From positions 4,546 to 68,545 of the forward strand of contig JBEKZM010000015.1 in assembly GCA_049509875.1 (NCBI GenBank): 64,000 nucleotides of DNA, given 5' to 3'. Positions 25,938-36,122 of the stretch are shown here, one piece after another; position 1 is the first letter of the stretch, and the number at the start of each line of letters is the position of its first letter. The notes under the pieces are model-generated. The model saw nothing but the letters and a program-made list of their open reading frames with translations. It was not told the origin of the DNA and searched no databases. Both the position numbers and the translations under genes were made by a program. This DNA comes from Verrucomicrobiota bacterium (GTDB lineage: Bacteria > Verrucomicrobiota > Verrucomicrobiia > Limisphaerales > UBA11358).

Positions 25938-26004
25938 CGCCGGGCTCCGACCCGGCCTGATGGCAGTCCAAATTCCAACGCGCCGGGTCGGAGACCGGCG
26001 CTCC
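25938..26004. repeat. REP-B inverted doublet between the acnA stop and the RAYT-2 start
   Basis: The minus strand reads GGAGCGCCGGTCTCCGACCCGGCGCG...GGCCGGGTCGGAGCCCGGCGG. It starts 5 nt downstream of the acnA stop and may double as its terminator. Confidence 0.7.
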
Positions 26005-26008
26005 GGCA

Positions 26009-28822
26009 CTAAGCCTTCGCGACCAACTGGCGCAGGACGAACGGGAGAATGCCGCCGTGCTGGTAGTAGTCGATTTCGATGGGCGTGTCGATGCGGCAGC
26101 GGACGGGAACATTTTCCACGCTGCCGTCCTTGCGCGTGATCTGGAGCACCAAGTCCTGCTGCGGTTTCAGATGTTCATCGAGCCCCACGAGGTCGTAGCT
26201 CTCCGAGCCATCGAGCTTGAGGCTGGGCGCCGTGGTGCCGTCCTTGAATTGCAGGGGCAGCACGCCCATGCCGACGAGGTTGCTGCGGTGGATGCGCTCG
26301 AAACTCTGCGCCACCACGGCTTTCACGCCGAGGAGGTTGGTGCCCTTCGCGGCCCAGTCACGGGACGAACCGGTCCCGTATTCCTGCCCGGCAATGACGA
26401 TGAGCGGCGTGCCGCGCCTCTGGTATTCGAGCGAGGCGTCGTAGATGGAGAGCTTGCGGCCTTGGGGCTGGAGGATGGTGTCGCCGCCTTCCTGGCCGGC
26501 GAGCATGAGGTTTTTGATCCGGACATTGGCGAAAGTGCCGCGGGTCATCACGCGGTCGTTGCCGCGGCGCGAACCGTAGCTGTTGAAGTCTTCCGGCGCG
26601 ACCCCGTTGGCGACGAGATATTTTCCGGCGGGCGAAGTCTTCTTGATCGAGCCGGCCGGCGAAATGTGGTCGGTGGTGACGCTGTCGCCGAAGATGGCCA
26701 GGGCGCGGGCGCCGTTGATGGGCTTGATGCCGCCGATTTCAAGCGAGAAATTCTCGAAGAACGGAGGCTCCTGAATATAGGTGGATTTGCGGTCCCATTC
26801 GTACACATTGCCCGCGGTGGAAGGAATTTCGTTCCACTTGGGATTTTGCGCCGCGAAATCCTGGTAGAGCCGGCGGAAGACGTCGGGCTGCAACGCGGAT
26901 TGCATGAGTTCGCGCACTTCGCGCAGGCTGGGCCAGATATCGCGCAGATGCACGGGTTGGCCGTTCTTGCCGGTTCCCAACGGGTCGTTGGCAAGGTCGA
27001 TGTCCACCCGGCCGGCGAGCGCAAAGGCCACGACGAGCGGGGGCGACATGAGGAAATTGGCCTTGATATTTTGATGCACGCGCGCCTCGAAATTGCGGTT
27101 GCCGGACAAGACGGAGGCGGCGACGAGGTTGTTTTTGACGACGGCGTCCTCGATGGCCGGATGCAACGGGCCGGAATTGCCGATGCAGGTGGTGCAGCCG
27201 TAACCGACGAGGTTAAAGCCCAGCTTGTCGAGATAGGGCTGCAGGCCGGTTTTGTCCAAATAGTCGCTGACGACCCGCGAGCCGGGCGCGAGCGACGCTT
27301 TGACGGTGGAATTCACGGACAGGCCCTGTTCCACGGCCTTCTTGGCGAGGAGCCCGGCGGCGAGCATCACAGAGGGGTTGCTGGTGTTGGTGCAACTGGT
27401 GATCGCCGCGATGAGCACCGAACCATTGCGCACATTGCCATCCAGCGCGGCGGCGCGGGAATGAATGGGATCGGGCGTGGGATGTTCGGAGGCCATTTCA
27501 CCTTCGCCGCGGCCGCGGCCGTTTTTCTGGTCGCCGCCGCCGGGATGAATTTCGCCGCCGGCCGCGACGTGCACCGTGCGCGACAGTTCCTCGGGCTTCA
27601 TGCCAAAACCATTTTCCGTGACGGGCCGGCTGAAAGCGGAGATGAATTCCTGCTTCAACTTTGGCAGTTCGATGCGGTCCTGAGGGCGCTTGGGGCCGGC
27701 CACGCTGGGCAGCACGGTGGCCAGGTTGAGTTCCAGTTCCTGCGAATACGCGAGGTCGCCCTTCTTGGGAATGCCCCACAGTCCCTGCGCCCGATAATAG
27801 TTCTCGTAAGTCTTGATCGCCTCCTCGCTGCGGCCGGTGGCGCGGAGATAATTGACGCACTCGGCGTCAATCGGGAAAAAGCCCATCGTGGCACCGTATT
27901 CCGGGGCCATGTTGGCGATGGTGGCGCGATCCACAATCGGGAGCGCGCTCGCGCCGGGGCCAAAGAATTCGACGAACTTGCCCACCACCTTGGCTTTGCG
28001 CAGCATCTGGGTGACGGTGAGGGCCACGTCGGTCGCCGTCACGCCTTCGCGGATGGCGCCCGTCAGGTGGACGCCCACGACGTCGGGCGTGAGAAAATAA
28101 ACCGGCTGGCCGAGCATGCCGGCCTCGGCTTCAATGCCCCCAACGCCCCAGCCGACGATGCCCAGGCCGTTAATCATGGTGGTGTGCGAATCCGTGCCCA
28201 CCAGGGTGTCGGGATAATGGACGCCCCCGGCTTCGAGCACGCCCTTGGCCAGGTATTCGAGGTTCACCTGATGCACGATGCCGATGCCCGGCGGCACCAC
28301 CTTGAAGGTGTCGAAGGCTTGCATGCCCCATTTCAGGAACTGGTAGCGCTCGCGGTTGCGGGTGAATTCCAGGTCGAGGTTGCGGGCCATGGCCGTGGCG
28401 TTGCCGGCAAAGTCCACCTGCACCGAGTGGTCCACCACCAGGTCCACCGGCACGAGCGGTTCGATGATTTTGGGATTCTTGCCCAGCTTGGACACGGCGC
28501 TGCGCATGGCGGCCAAATCGACCAGCAGTGGCACGCCGGTGAAGTCCTGCAGCACGATACGGGCGACCACGAACGGGATTTCCGCCGTGCGCGTCTCGGC
28601 GGGCTTCCAGTTGGCCAGTTCCCGCACATTGGCCTCGCTGACCTTTTTGCCGTCGCAATTGCGCAGGACGGACTCGAGGACGAGGCGGATGGACACCGGC
28701 AGTTTGGAAATGGGACCGGCGCCGGCCTGTTCCAAGGCGGGCAGCGAATAAAACTTTCCCTGGGCGCCGTTGCCCAGCTCAAAGGTTTGCAGAGTGCCGA
28801 GTAAATTGTGTGGTGTGCTCAT
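26009..28822 (-). CDS. acnA: Aconitate hydratase A
   Basis: A 937-aa ORF with Fe-S cluster ligand regions (GTDSHTTM; [10 protein letters not shown]; [10 protein letters not shown]) and the swivel domain at the C-terminus. Confidence 0.95.
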   Translation of the reverse strand: MSTPHNLLGTLQTFELGNGAQGKFYSLPALEQAGAGPISKLPVSIRLVLESVLRNCDGKKVSEANVRELANWKPAETRTAEIPFVVARIVLQDFTGVPLLVDLAAMRSAVSKLGKNPKIIEPLVPVDLVVDHSVQVDFAGNATAMARNLDLEFTRNRERYQFLKWGMQAFDTFKVVPPGIGIVHQVNLEYLAKGVLEAGGVHYPDTLVGTDSHTTMINGLGIVGWGVGGIEAEAGMLGQPVYFLTPDVVGVHLTGAIREGVTATDVALTVTQMLRKAKVVGKFVEFFGPGASALPIVDRATIANMAPEYGATMGFFPIDAECVNYLRATGRSEEAIKTYENYYRAQGLWGIPKKGDLAYSQELELNLATVLPSVAGPKRPQDRIELPKLKQEFISAFSRPVTENGFGMKPEELSRTVHVAAGGEIHPGGGDQKNGRGRGEGEMASEHPTPDPIHSRAAALDGNVRNGSVLIAAITSCTNTSNPSVMLAAGLLAKKAVEQGLSVNSTVKASLAPGSRVVSDYLDKTGLQPYLDKLGFNLVGYGCTTCIGNSGPLHPAIEDAVVKNNLVAASVLSGNRNFEARVHQNIKANFLMSPPLVVAFALAGRVDIDLANDPLGTGKNGQPVHLRDIWPSLREVRELMQSALQPDVFRRLYQDFAAQNPKWNEIPSTAGNVYEWDRKSTYIQEPPFFENFSLEIGGIKPINGARALAIFGDSVTTDHISPAGSIKKTSPAGKYLVANGVAPEDFNSYGSRRGNDRVMTRGTFANVRIKNLMLAGQEGGDTILQPQGRKLSIYDASLEYQRRGTPLIVIAGQEYGTGSSRDWAAKGTNLLGVKAVVAQSFERIHRSNLVGMGVLPLQFKDGTTAPSLKLDGSESYDLVGLDEHLKPQQDLVLQITRKDGSVENVPVRCRIDTPIEIDYYQHGGILPFVLRQLVAKA

Positions 28823-29519
28823 TCTAATGATATCATTAAAAAAACAATCACCAGAAAATGAGGCTTGCGAGTTGCGCTGTCAAGCGAAGGCGGCAAGAGT
28901 GATTTACGATTTGTGATTTGCTAACGGAGGATTTATTAAAACCAAGTCAAAACCTCAAGAACGATTGGTCTTTACAAGACAACGGCAGGGTATCCGCGAG
29001 ACGGGGCAGGCGCGGAATTCTTAACGCAGCGACGCCAAGAAGCAGAAACGCAAGGGTTTAGACACGAATTAGCCGGTCAATTGAACAAGTTGAGCAAATG
29101 AGCAGCATCACCGGCGGTGTTGATGTGAACGAAAATAAGCCTTGAACCCAGGCCGTCGGAGTGATTGACTCGCCATTGATTCAGAAACATTCAAGCCGGG
29201 TATGTTGGTGCGTTTTCGGCCACAATCCCGATTGCTCCGCACCTATTTGCTTGAAAGTGTCGAGTTTGAAAGGACGTTTAGCGAACTGGAGCATCGCCCA
29301 TGTTACAACTTGAAGATTGATTGTGGCAGTTTGGAGTCAGTAGAATTTTTGCACGACCTCCATGTCGAAGGTGAAGATATTGAGTTGGTCGAATTGCGCG
29401 CAGAATGATCCGCATAATCCCCGGAGCCATCCGCCGTTGATGCAGGCAGTTCCGCTGCGCGGCCCATGCCGCGAATCGGCGGTGGCTCGGGTCTTGGCCG
29501 TTAAACGGATTCGAGTATT

Positions 29520-29891
29520 ATGAAATGCTACAATCATCCTGAGGTCGAGGCAGTCGCGGTTTGCCGTTCATGCGGCCGCGCTCTGTGTCACACTTGCATT
29601 ACCGAAGTTGGCCTAAGTTCAAGTTGCAAGGGTCGCTGCGAGTCTGTGGTCGCGACCATGAATGACTTGGTTGAGCGAGGCAGGACAGCCTACCAGAAAT
29701 CGAGCACGATTCAGCTTCGCAACGGCATTTTTATCATTCTGCTTGGCGCGGCTTTTCTCGTAGTTGGCATTCTTCCACTTTCGAGAGGTGAACCGTCGGA
29801 GTGGAACTACTTCATCATTGTCGCAGGTGTGCTTTTTGCGGGTATGGGTGTTTCCAGTGTGATTTCAGCGAAGAGATTTCGTGAAAAATGA
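29520..29891 (+). CDS. Hypothetical zinc-ribbon / B-box-like protein with two C-terminal TM helices
   Basis: MKCYNHPEVEAVAVCRSCGRALCHTCI...CKGRC carries a Cys/His zinc-binding pattern. It is followed by NGIFIILLGAAFLVVGILPL and YFIIVAGVLFAGMGVSSVI. It sits in an AT-richer island. Confidence 0.55.
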   Translation: MKCYNHPEVEAVAVCRSCGRALCHTCITEVGLSSSCKGRCESVVATMNDLVERGRTAYQKSSTIQLRNGIFIILLGAAFLVVGILPLSRGEPSEWNYFIIVAGVLFAGMGVSSVISAKRFREK

Positions 29892-30469
29892 GTCCGTTTA
29901 TCATCTCGCCGGAGTCGTCGCCGGACGGACACCTGAGCTTATCGAGATGATGCAGATTCGCCAGTGTCTCTGGTCCGGCTCGGCTCGGTCTTTAGCCCGA
30001 CTTTCGCAACTGGAAGGGACAAGACGCGAAAATCCCTGAAAAAGGGCTACATTATTCAAAAGGTCTGCACCAAGGATTTACTCTGACCGCAGTTGTCCCT
30101 TCTGGGTGACCGCACAAAACGACGGAAGGAACGCTTGCAGCAACAGGGCAAACGATTTCTCAAGACGCTCGAAGAAGTTCAGGTGTTGGTTGCCTCGGCG
30201 CCATCCGGCTTAACGCGCAAATGGCTCAGGGCTTTGGCCAGCGCAGGGGTTTTTCCCCGGGCAATTCTCGCCAGCGCCCGTCCAGCGGGCAAAACAACTC
30301 GGCACCATGCCTTCCCGGAACCCACCCCTTTATACGTCGTTTCACTCTGGTGCGGCAAGTGGAGGCGGAGCAAATCCGAAGGCCGAATTCCGAGTGCCCA
30401 AGCCCGAAGGTGCCAGCCTGGGGCGAATCCGCGGCCTTTGCGGAGATGGCGGCGAACGCCAGTTCGCCG

Positions 30470-31873
30470 CTACGCAGCGCGAGGGGTTTTGCGGAGCGTG
30501 ACCGTGAATGCCGCTCCCGCACCCTCCTGGCTGGCGACGGTCACCCGGCCCTGGTGCGCTTCGACAATCGCCTTGACCAGGCTCAGCCCCAGGCCGAGGC
30601 CGCGTTCAGAGCGGCTCTTGTCTCCCCGATAGAGACGGGCCCAAATCTTCTTCTGCTCCTCCGGGGCGATGCCGATGCCGGTGTCGCGGAAGATGACCTC
30701 GGCGCGGTCCGGTTCCTCGCGGACGGAGACGGTCACGCTGCCGTTCGGGGGCGTGTATTTGAGGGCATTGTCGAGCAGATTGGCGAATACCTGGCGCATC
30801 CGGGTCCGGTCCACGCGCAGTTCACAGGCCGGCGGCAGCTCCGTCCGCACCGGGATCTTCTTTTCCTCCGCCACGTATTCGTAAAGTTCCACGACTTCGC
30901 GGATCAACTGGCACAGGTCCACGCTTTCAAGCTGGAGCCGCATGGTGCCGGCCTCGGCGGCACTGATGTCCATCAGTGTGTTTAGCATGCTGAGGACGCG
31001 TTCGGATTCCTCCACGCAATCGGCCAGGGCTTCGCGCGCGGCGGCGGGCTCCGCGCCGGGCTGCATGGCCAACTCAGCCGTGCCGCGCATCCGCGTCAGC
31101 GGCGTGCGCAGGTCGTGCGCCACGTTGTCCAATGACTCGCGCATGGCCCGGATCAGCGCCTCGTTGCGCTCCAGCAGCGTATTGAAGAGGTGGACCAGTT
31201 CGTCCAGTTCGTCCCGCGACCCGCGCGTGGGCACGCGGGCGTCGAGCTTGCCGGTGCCCAGAATCTCCTTGGCGGTGGCCACGATTTCCCGCACCGGCCG
31301 CAGGGTGCGATGAGCAATAATGGCGCCGGCAGCGAACGCCAGCAGGACCATGACCAGCCCCACGACAAAGAAGTTCCGCCGCATCGGCTCCAGCACGGAA
31401 GACCGGATGTTGCTGATGATGCCGACTTGCAGCAGGGAATTGTCCGGGAGGATGGCCGAGGCGATGACAAAGTCCCGGTCCGCATTCTTGGGAATTCGGA
31501 TGACCCCCACCTGCCGCCGGTAACCGGCCACGCCGGACGGCAGGTCGTGGAAGGTCACCCAATCTTCCGGCACGTTGACGAAGCTCACGTCGTTCCACGC
31601 GCTGACCAGGCGCACATACAACGTCTTTTGATTTCCCTCCCCCTGGTGGATCACGTTGCGCAATTCAGCCGCGCCGCCGTTCGCGTAAACGGCGGCGTAT
31701 TCCCGCAGCCGCGCTTGCACCACTTCGCGGTCCCGGCCGCCCACGGCCGCCTCCAGCAGGTAATACGCCAGCGCCAGCAACCCGAGGCAACTGACCGCGA
31801 AGATGACTGCGGAGAGCAGCCCGAACCGCACGCCGATGCTGCGCCGGATGGTTTCAACCAGCCTTAAGGACAT
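30470..31873 (-). CDS. Sensor histidine kinase (2 TM, HAMP, HisKA, HATPase; CusS/heavy-metal-sensor-like)
   Basis: The H-box is [15 protein letters not shown], the N-box LLDNALKYT, the G1 box FRDTGIGI and the G2 box GLGLGLSLV. It overlaps the response-regulator gene by 20 nt. Confidence 0.9.
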   Translation of the reverse strand: MSLRLVETIRRSIGVRFGLLSAVIFAVSCLGLLALAYYLLEAAVGGRDREVVQARLREYAAVYANGGAAELRNVIHQGEGNQKTLYVRLVSAWNDVSFVNVPEDWVTFHDLPSGVAGYRRQVGVIRIPKNADRDFVIASAILPDNSLLQVGIISNIRSSVLEPMRRNFFVVGLVMVLLAFAAGAIIAHRTLRPVREIVATAKEILGTGKLDARVPTRGSRDELDELVHLFNTLLERNEALIRAMRESLDNVAHDLRTPLTRMRGTAELAMQPGAEPAAAREALADCVEESERVLSMLNTLMDISAAEAGTMRLQLESVDLCQLIREVVELYEYVAEEKKIPVRTELPPACELRVDRTRMRQVFANLLDNALKYTPPNGSVTVSVREEPDRAEVIFRDTGIGIAPEEQKKIWARLYRGDKSRSERGLGLGLSLVKAIVEAHQGRVTVASQEGAGAAFTVTLRKTPRAA

Positions 31874-32522
31874 AGCCCACTCCTCGCATGGTATGGATCA
31901 TCGTCCGGCCCGGATCCACCTTGTTTCGCAGACGATGCACCAGCACGTCCACGACGTTCGTTTGGGGATCGAAGCTGTAATCAAAAATGTGTTCCAGGAT
32001 CATGGTCTTGGTCACCGCGCGATTGGCCGAGCGCATGAGATATTCCAGCAGGGCGAACTCGCGCGGCTGCAATTCGACCGGTTCGGCGCCGCGCCGCACT
32101 TCGCGGGTGAGCAAATCAAGGGTCAGGTCGCCGGCGGTCAGGCGGGTGGGCTCGACGGCCTGCGTGGAGCGCCGGATCAGGGCTTGGATGCGGGCCAGCA
32201 ACTCGGAGAAGGCGAAAGGCTTGGTGAGATAATCATCGCCGCCGGCCTGCAGTCCGCGCACGCGGTCGTCCACCGACGCCTTGGCGCTGAGAATCAGGAC
32301 GGGCAGGCGCACTTTCCGGGCGCGCAATTGCTGGATGAGGCTCAGCCCGTCAAGCTTGGGCAGCATCACGTCCACCACGGCCGCGTCGTAGGCCACCGTG
32401 TGGGCCAGGGCCAGTCCCTTTTCCCCGTCCGCGCGATGGTCCACGGCATAGCTGTTCTGCTCCAGTCCTTTCACAATGAAGGAGGCGATCTTCTCGTCAT
32501 CTTCCACCACCAGGATGCGCAT
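31854..32522 (-). CDS. OmpR/PhoB-family DNA-binding response regulator
   Basis: [20 protein letters not shown]...[11 protein letters not shown]... followed by the winged-helix output domain [15 protein letters not shown]...[12 protein letters not shown]. The start is at aa 9 of the track ORF. Confidence 0.9.
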   Translation of the reverse strand: MRILVVEDDEKIASFIVKGLEQNSYAVDHRADGEKGLALAHTVAYDAAVVDVMLPKLDGLSLIQQLRARKVRLPVLILSAKASVDDRVRGLQAGGDDYLTKPFAFSELLARIQALIRRSTQAVEPTRLTAGDLTLDLLTREVRRGAEPVELQPREFALLEYLMRSANRAVTKTMILEHIFDYSFDPQTNVVDVLVHRLRNKVDPGRTMIHTMRGVGYVLKAG

Positions 32523-32641
32523 GTCTTCCATAATGATGGACACCAAAGCCCATAAAAAGCGGAAAAGCTCCGACGAATGACGAGGGACCGTCTGGCAACG
32601 GTCGCGGCGCGCACGGAGTGACGCGCCCTACCAGCGTTCGC

Positions 32642-32667
32642 AGGCGCGCCGGGCATTGCCCGGCCCG
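32642..32667. repeat. REP-A variant with compensatory stem changes
   Basis: GGCGCGCCGGGCATTGCCCGGCCCGC compares with family A GGAGCGCCGAGCATTGCTCGGCCCGG. The stem pair A/T is changed to G/C on both arms, so the palindrome is retained. Confidence 0.5.
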
Positions 32668-32807
32668 CCCTGTCCCTACCATGGAATTTCGGCGCCGGCC
32701 CGGCTTCGCCACCACGGCCAGGCAGCCCCGCACACCGGCCAGTTCGCATCTCCCAAGTCCGAAGGGAAGCCATTGACTACCATGCCCTCTGCGCGTTAAT
32801 TACCGTC

Positions 32808-34841
32808 ATGCGCAACGGACATTTCCTCTTCCTGGCGGCCTTGCTGGCCACTACCCCCGTACTTTCCTGTTCGCCCGCCGCCCGGACCGATTCGGATGCC
32901 GGCGCGGCCAGGCAATTCACGGCGGTCCCTGGCACCAACACACTCATGGCGGCCCGCGATGCCGTCCGCGCGTGGCGCGCCCGGGGTCATGTTCATGAAG
33001 CCGTGACGATTTTGCTCGCGCCCGGCGAGTATGCGCTCACCGAACCGCTCCGGCTCGACGCGCGCGACGGCGACCTGACCTGGACGGCACGAGACGCCGG
33101 TCAAGTGCTCATCACCGGCGGACAACGCATCACCGGATTCGCCGCGGATGCTTCCGGCGTTTGGCGCGCCCACGCGGAAGCGGAATTTGAACAGCTCTAC
33201 GTGAATGGCCAGCGCGCCACCCGCGCCCGATTCCCGTTGACCGGCCATTTTACCATTCAGGACGTCCGCCAGGAAGACGCGCCCAACGGCAAAGTTCGCC
33301 TCACCGTCAAGGTGGCGGCCACCAATGCCCCGTTCTTCGCGGCCAGCCCAGACGCATTTCGCGAGGCGCAGATTCTGGTCTTTCATAATTGGGACACCAG
33401 CCGGTACCGGGTTGCCTCTGTGGACCCGGCGGCTGGCACCGTCTCGGTGGTCGGCGATCGCATGCAACCGTGGAATCCCTGGAATGCCCAGAGCCGGTTC
33501 ATTTTGGATAACAGCGCCGGCGGCCAGCCGTTGCCCCCCGGCACCTGGATGCTGGGCGCGTCGGGAGACCTGGCCTACTGCCCGCGCCCGGGCGAGCTGG
33601 TCGGCAAAACTGAATTTATCGCCCCCGCCATTGATCGCCTGCTGGAGGTCAACGGCGCGGACCACGTCCATTTCCACCACCTCCGGTTTCAGCACACCCA
33701 ATTTAAGCTGCCGCCGGACGGATGTCCCCCCACGCAGGCGGCCTCGCTGCAGACGGCGGCCCTCGAAATCGACGATGCCCGCGACGTGACATTCCAGAAT
33801 TGCGAAATTGCGCACACCGGCAGCTATGCCATCTGGTTTCAAAAGGGCTGCCATGATTGCGGCGCTGCACAGTGTCTGCTGGAGGACCTCGGCGCGGGCG
33901 GCATCCGCATTGGCGAAATGAATATGCGGGATGATTCGCGGGAGCAAACCGAGGGCAACCTTATCGACAACAACATCATTCGCAATTGCGGCCGGGTGCA
34001 TCCCAGCGCGGTGGGAGTCTGGATCGGCCAGAGCGCCAGCAACCGCATTACGCACAATGACATCAGCGACACGTTCTACACCGCCATTTCGGTCGGCTGG
34101 TCCTGGGGCTACGGGCGCAGCCTGGCCACGAATAATTTCATCGGCTTCAATCGCCTCCATCGGCTCGGCCAGGGCGTGCTCAGCGATATGGGCGGCATTT
34201 ATACGCTGGGTGTGAGCCCCGGCAGCGCCAGCATCGGCAATGTCATTTACGAGGTGCGGGCGCATGACTATGGCGGCTGGGGCATCTATCCGGACGAGGG
34301 CAGCACCGGCTGGAACATCGAGAGCAACCTGGTCTGGAACTGCACCTGCGTGGAACCGCACGGCGGCGGCGGATTTCATCAGCATTATGGCGCGACGAAT
34401 CTGATTGCGAACAACATCTTTGCGCTCAGTTCGGGCCCGCCGATGCAGGCCACGCGCGCGGAAAATCATCTTTCCTTCATTCTCGAACGGAACCTGATCG
34501 TAAGTTCAAATGCCGAATTCTTTACCGGTCCGTGGGACAAAATCGACTTTGAGAGCCGGAGCAATTGCTTTGTGCTGTTTGGAACGCCCAAGCCGCGCCA
34601 GTTTCCGAACGGCGACCTGGCCCACTGGCAACAAACCGGCCACGAGCTCGGTTCAATATTAACAAATTGTAATTTTTTAGGAGCGTGGCCAGACGTCAGC
34701 CTTTCCCCAAACTCACCCGCCTATTCCATTGGATTTACGATGTTTAACCCGGAAACGGCAGGCGTTTATGGCAGCCCGGCCTGGCAACAGGCTGCCGGTG
34801 CGAGGAAAATGGCCGGCAATGGTCCAATTACCTATGAATGA
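32808..34841 (+). CDS. Right-handed parallel beta-helix repeat lipoprotein (pectin-lyase fold, probable glycan hydrolase/lyase)
   Basis: A lipobox-like signal FLAALLATTPVLSC. Repeated beta-helix turns follow (NCEIAHTGSYAIW; NNIIRNCGRVH; ITHNDISDTFYTAISVGWSWGYG; NLVWNC...). The ORF is 677 aa. Confidence 0.8.
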   Translation: MRNGHFLFLAALLATTPVLSCSPAARTDSDAGAARQFTAVPGTNTLMAARDAVRAWRARGHVHEAVTILLAPGEYALTEPLRLDARDGDLTWTARDAGQVLITGGQRITGFAADASGVWRAHAEAEFEQLYVNGQRATRARFPLTGHFTIQDVRQEDAPNGKVRLTVKVAATNAPFFAASPDAFREAQILVFHNWDTSRYRVASVDPAAGTVSVVGDRMQPWNPWNAQSRFILDNSAGGQPLPPGTWMLGASGDLAYCPRPGELVGKTEFIAPAIDRLLEVNGADHVHFHHLRFQHTQFKLPPDGCPPTQAASLQTAALEIDDARDVTFQNCEIAHTGSYAIWFQKGCHDCGAAQCLLEDLGAGGIRIGEMNMRDDSREQTEGNLIDNNIIRNCGRVHPSAVGVWIGQSASNRITHNDISDTFYTAISVGWSWGYGRSLATNNFIGFNRLHRLGQGVLSDMGGIYTLGVSPGSASIGNVIYEVRAHDYGGWGIYPDEGSTGWNIESNLVWNCTCVEPHGGGGFHQHYGATNLIANNIFALSSGPPMQATRAENHLSFILERNLIVSSNAEFFTGPWDKIDFESRSNCFVLFGTPKPRQFPNGDLAHWQQTGHELGSILTNCNFLGAWPDVSLSPNSPAYSIGFTMFNPETAGVYGSPAWQQAAGARKMAGNGPITYE

Positions 34842-35024
34842 TCGTTCCCATGGCCAAGCGAATTTGCGGGCGGAGCATAGTTGTTTTGCAGTGGCCTTTT
34901 CCCGCTGAGCTGCGTGACGCCCTTTTTCCATGGGAAATTGAGGTTATTCGGCCGGAAATACCGGCTCGGCCCGGGCGCAAGCAAGATTTCCCTTGGCACG
35001 TTTCGTGCAAACCCGGATGACGCT

Positions 35025-36110
35025 ATGAAAAATAACCCCGTAGTCCTTTCCCTGGTGAGTGCGGCGGTAATATTCTGCGGGCCAGCCGCCCTCCCCGTTT
35101 CAGCCCAACTGGCGGTGCCGCCGCCCATGCCGGCTTATCAACCGCTTTCGGACCAGCAGCTGGACCAGTTGCTCGCCCCGATCGCGCTCTACCCCGATCC
35201 GCTGCTGGCGCAAATCCTGCCGGCGTCCACGTTGCCCACGCAAATCGTGCTCGCCGACCGCTATGTGGCCAGCGGCGGCGATCCCAACTTGATCTACCAG
35301 CAGCCGTGGGATCCCAGCGTGCAAGCGCTGGCCCGATACCCCTCGGTGTTGCAATACCTGGATAATAATCTGGCCTGGACGACCGAGGTGGGCGAGGCGT
35401 TTGTAAACCAGCAGGAGCAGGTGATGGATTCCATCCAGCGCTTGCGGCTTTCGGCGCAGAACTTCGGGAATCTGGTGTCCACGCCGCAGGACCAGGTGGT
35501 GGAAGGCGATGGCGACATCGAAATTCTGCCGGTGGATCCGAATGTGATCTATGTGCCGATCTACCAGCCGGACCTGGTCTATTATCAATCCGGCTGCCCG
35601 CTGAGCTTTGGCCTGGGCATCGCCATCGGCTCCTGGCTGGACTGTGATTTTGACTGGCATGGGCACCACTTGTTCTTCTGGGGCCCCGGCCATCCGCGGC
35701 CTGGCAATTGGTGGCACCAGTCGCCCAACCAGCGCGCCGCTTGGCTGGCCCGCGAAGGAACGGTCTGGCGGCCCGAGGATCATGGCCACGCCGGCGGCGC
35801 CCGTTCGGGTGACCGTGGCTGGAATAATCAGGCGCCGGCACCGCGCAATAACAGCGTGGCCTGGACGCGGCCCAACGCCAGCCCACGTCCGGCGGCCCAA
35901 CTCCGCCCGGCCGCGGGCAACCCTTCCGCCGACCGGGGAGCGTTTATCGGCAGCGACAGTTCGCGCGCGGTTCGGAATGACAGCGACCGCGGCCAGGAAA
36001 GCCTGCATGCGCTCGAGCGAGCCCAGCCGGCGCCGGTGGAACGTGCCCAGCCGGAATCGCATTCAGCTCCTGCACCGGAGATCCACGAATCGGGTTCGCA
36101 ACGACGCTGA
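35025..36110 (+). CDS. DUF3300 domain secreted protein
   Basis: The signal MKNNPVVLSLVSAAVIFCGPAALPVSA is followed by LSDQQLDQLLAPIALYPDPLLAQILPASTLPTQIVLADRYV, the DUF3300 signature. The C-terminal region is Arg/Pro-rich. The start is at aa 49 of the track ORF. Confidence 0.8.
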   Translation: MKNNPVVLSLVSAAVIFCGPAALPVSAQLAVPPPMPAYQPLSDQQLDQLLAPIALYPDPLLAQILPASTLPTQIVLADRYVASGGDPNLIYQQPWDPSVQALARYPSVLQYLDNNLAWTTEVGEAFVNQQEQVMDSIQRLRLSAQNFGNLVSTPQDQVVEGDGDIEILPVDPNVIYVPIYQPDLVYYQSGCPLSFGLGIAIGSWLDCDFDWHGHHLFFWGPGHPRPGNWWHQSPNQRAAWLAREGTVWRPEDHGHAGGARSGDRGWNNQAPAPRNNSVAWTRPNASPRPAAQLRPAAGNPSADRGAFIGSDSSRAVRNDSDRGQESLHALERAQPAPVERAQPESHSAPAPEIHESGSQRR

Positions 36111-36122
36111 AAAGACCGGCAT

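Noticed and set aside
26057-28804. 915-aa plus-strand ORF spanning almost the whole acnA locus
   Set aside because: Its translation is low-complexity and Ala/Gly/Arg/Val-rich with no recognisable motifs. The minus-strand frame encodes a textbook aconitase. This is a GC-driven shadow ORF.
29202-29408. 68-aa acidic ORF with an internal LESVEF repeat
   Set aside because: It has no recognisable family, weak start context and AT-rich atypical composition. I kept it only as a note under the island finding, not as a feature.
30179-30373. Minus-strand peptide ...LPAGRALARIARGKTPALAKALSHL... that looks vaguely like a helix-turn-helix remnant (possible decayed transposase/regulator)
   Set aside because: The similarity is only impressionistic. 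The ORF is short, has poor start context and overlaps low-complexity CCGAAGG repeats. It cannot be supported without a database search.
32796-34469. 557-aa minus-strand ORF opposite the beta-helix protein gene
   Set aside because: It has shadow ORF composition (Ala/Gly/Arg-rich) and no motifs. The plus-strand product has a lipoprotein signal and clear beta-helix repeats.
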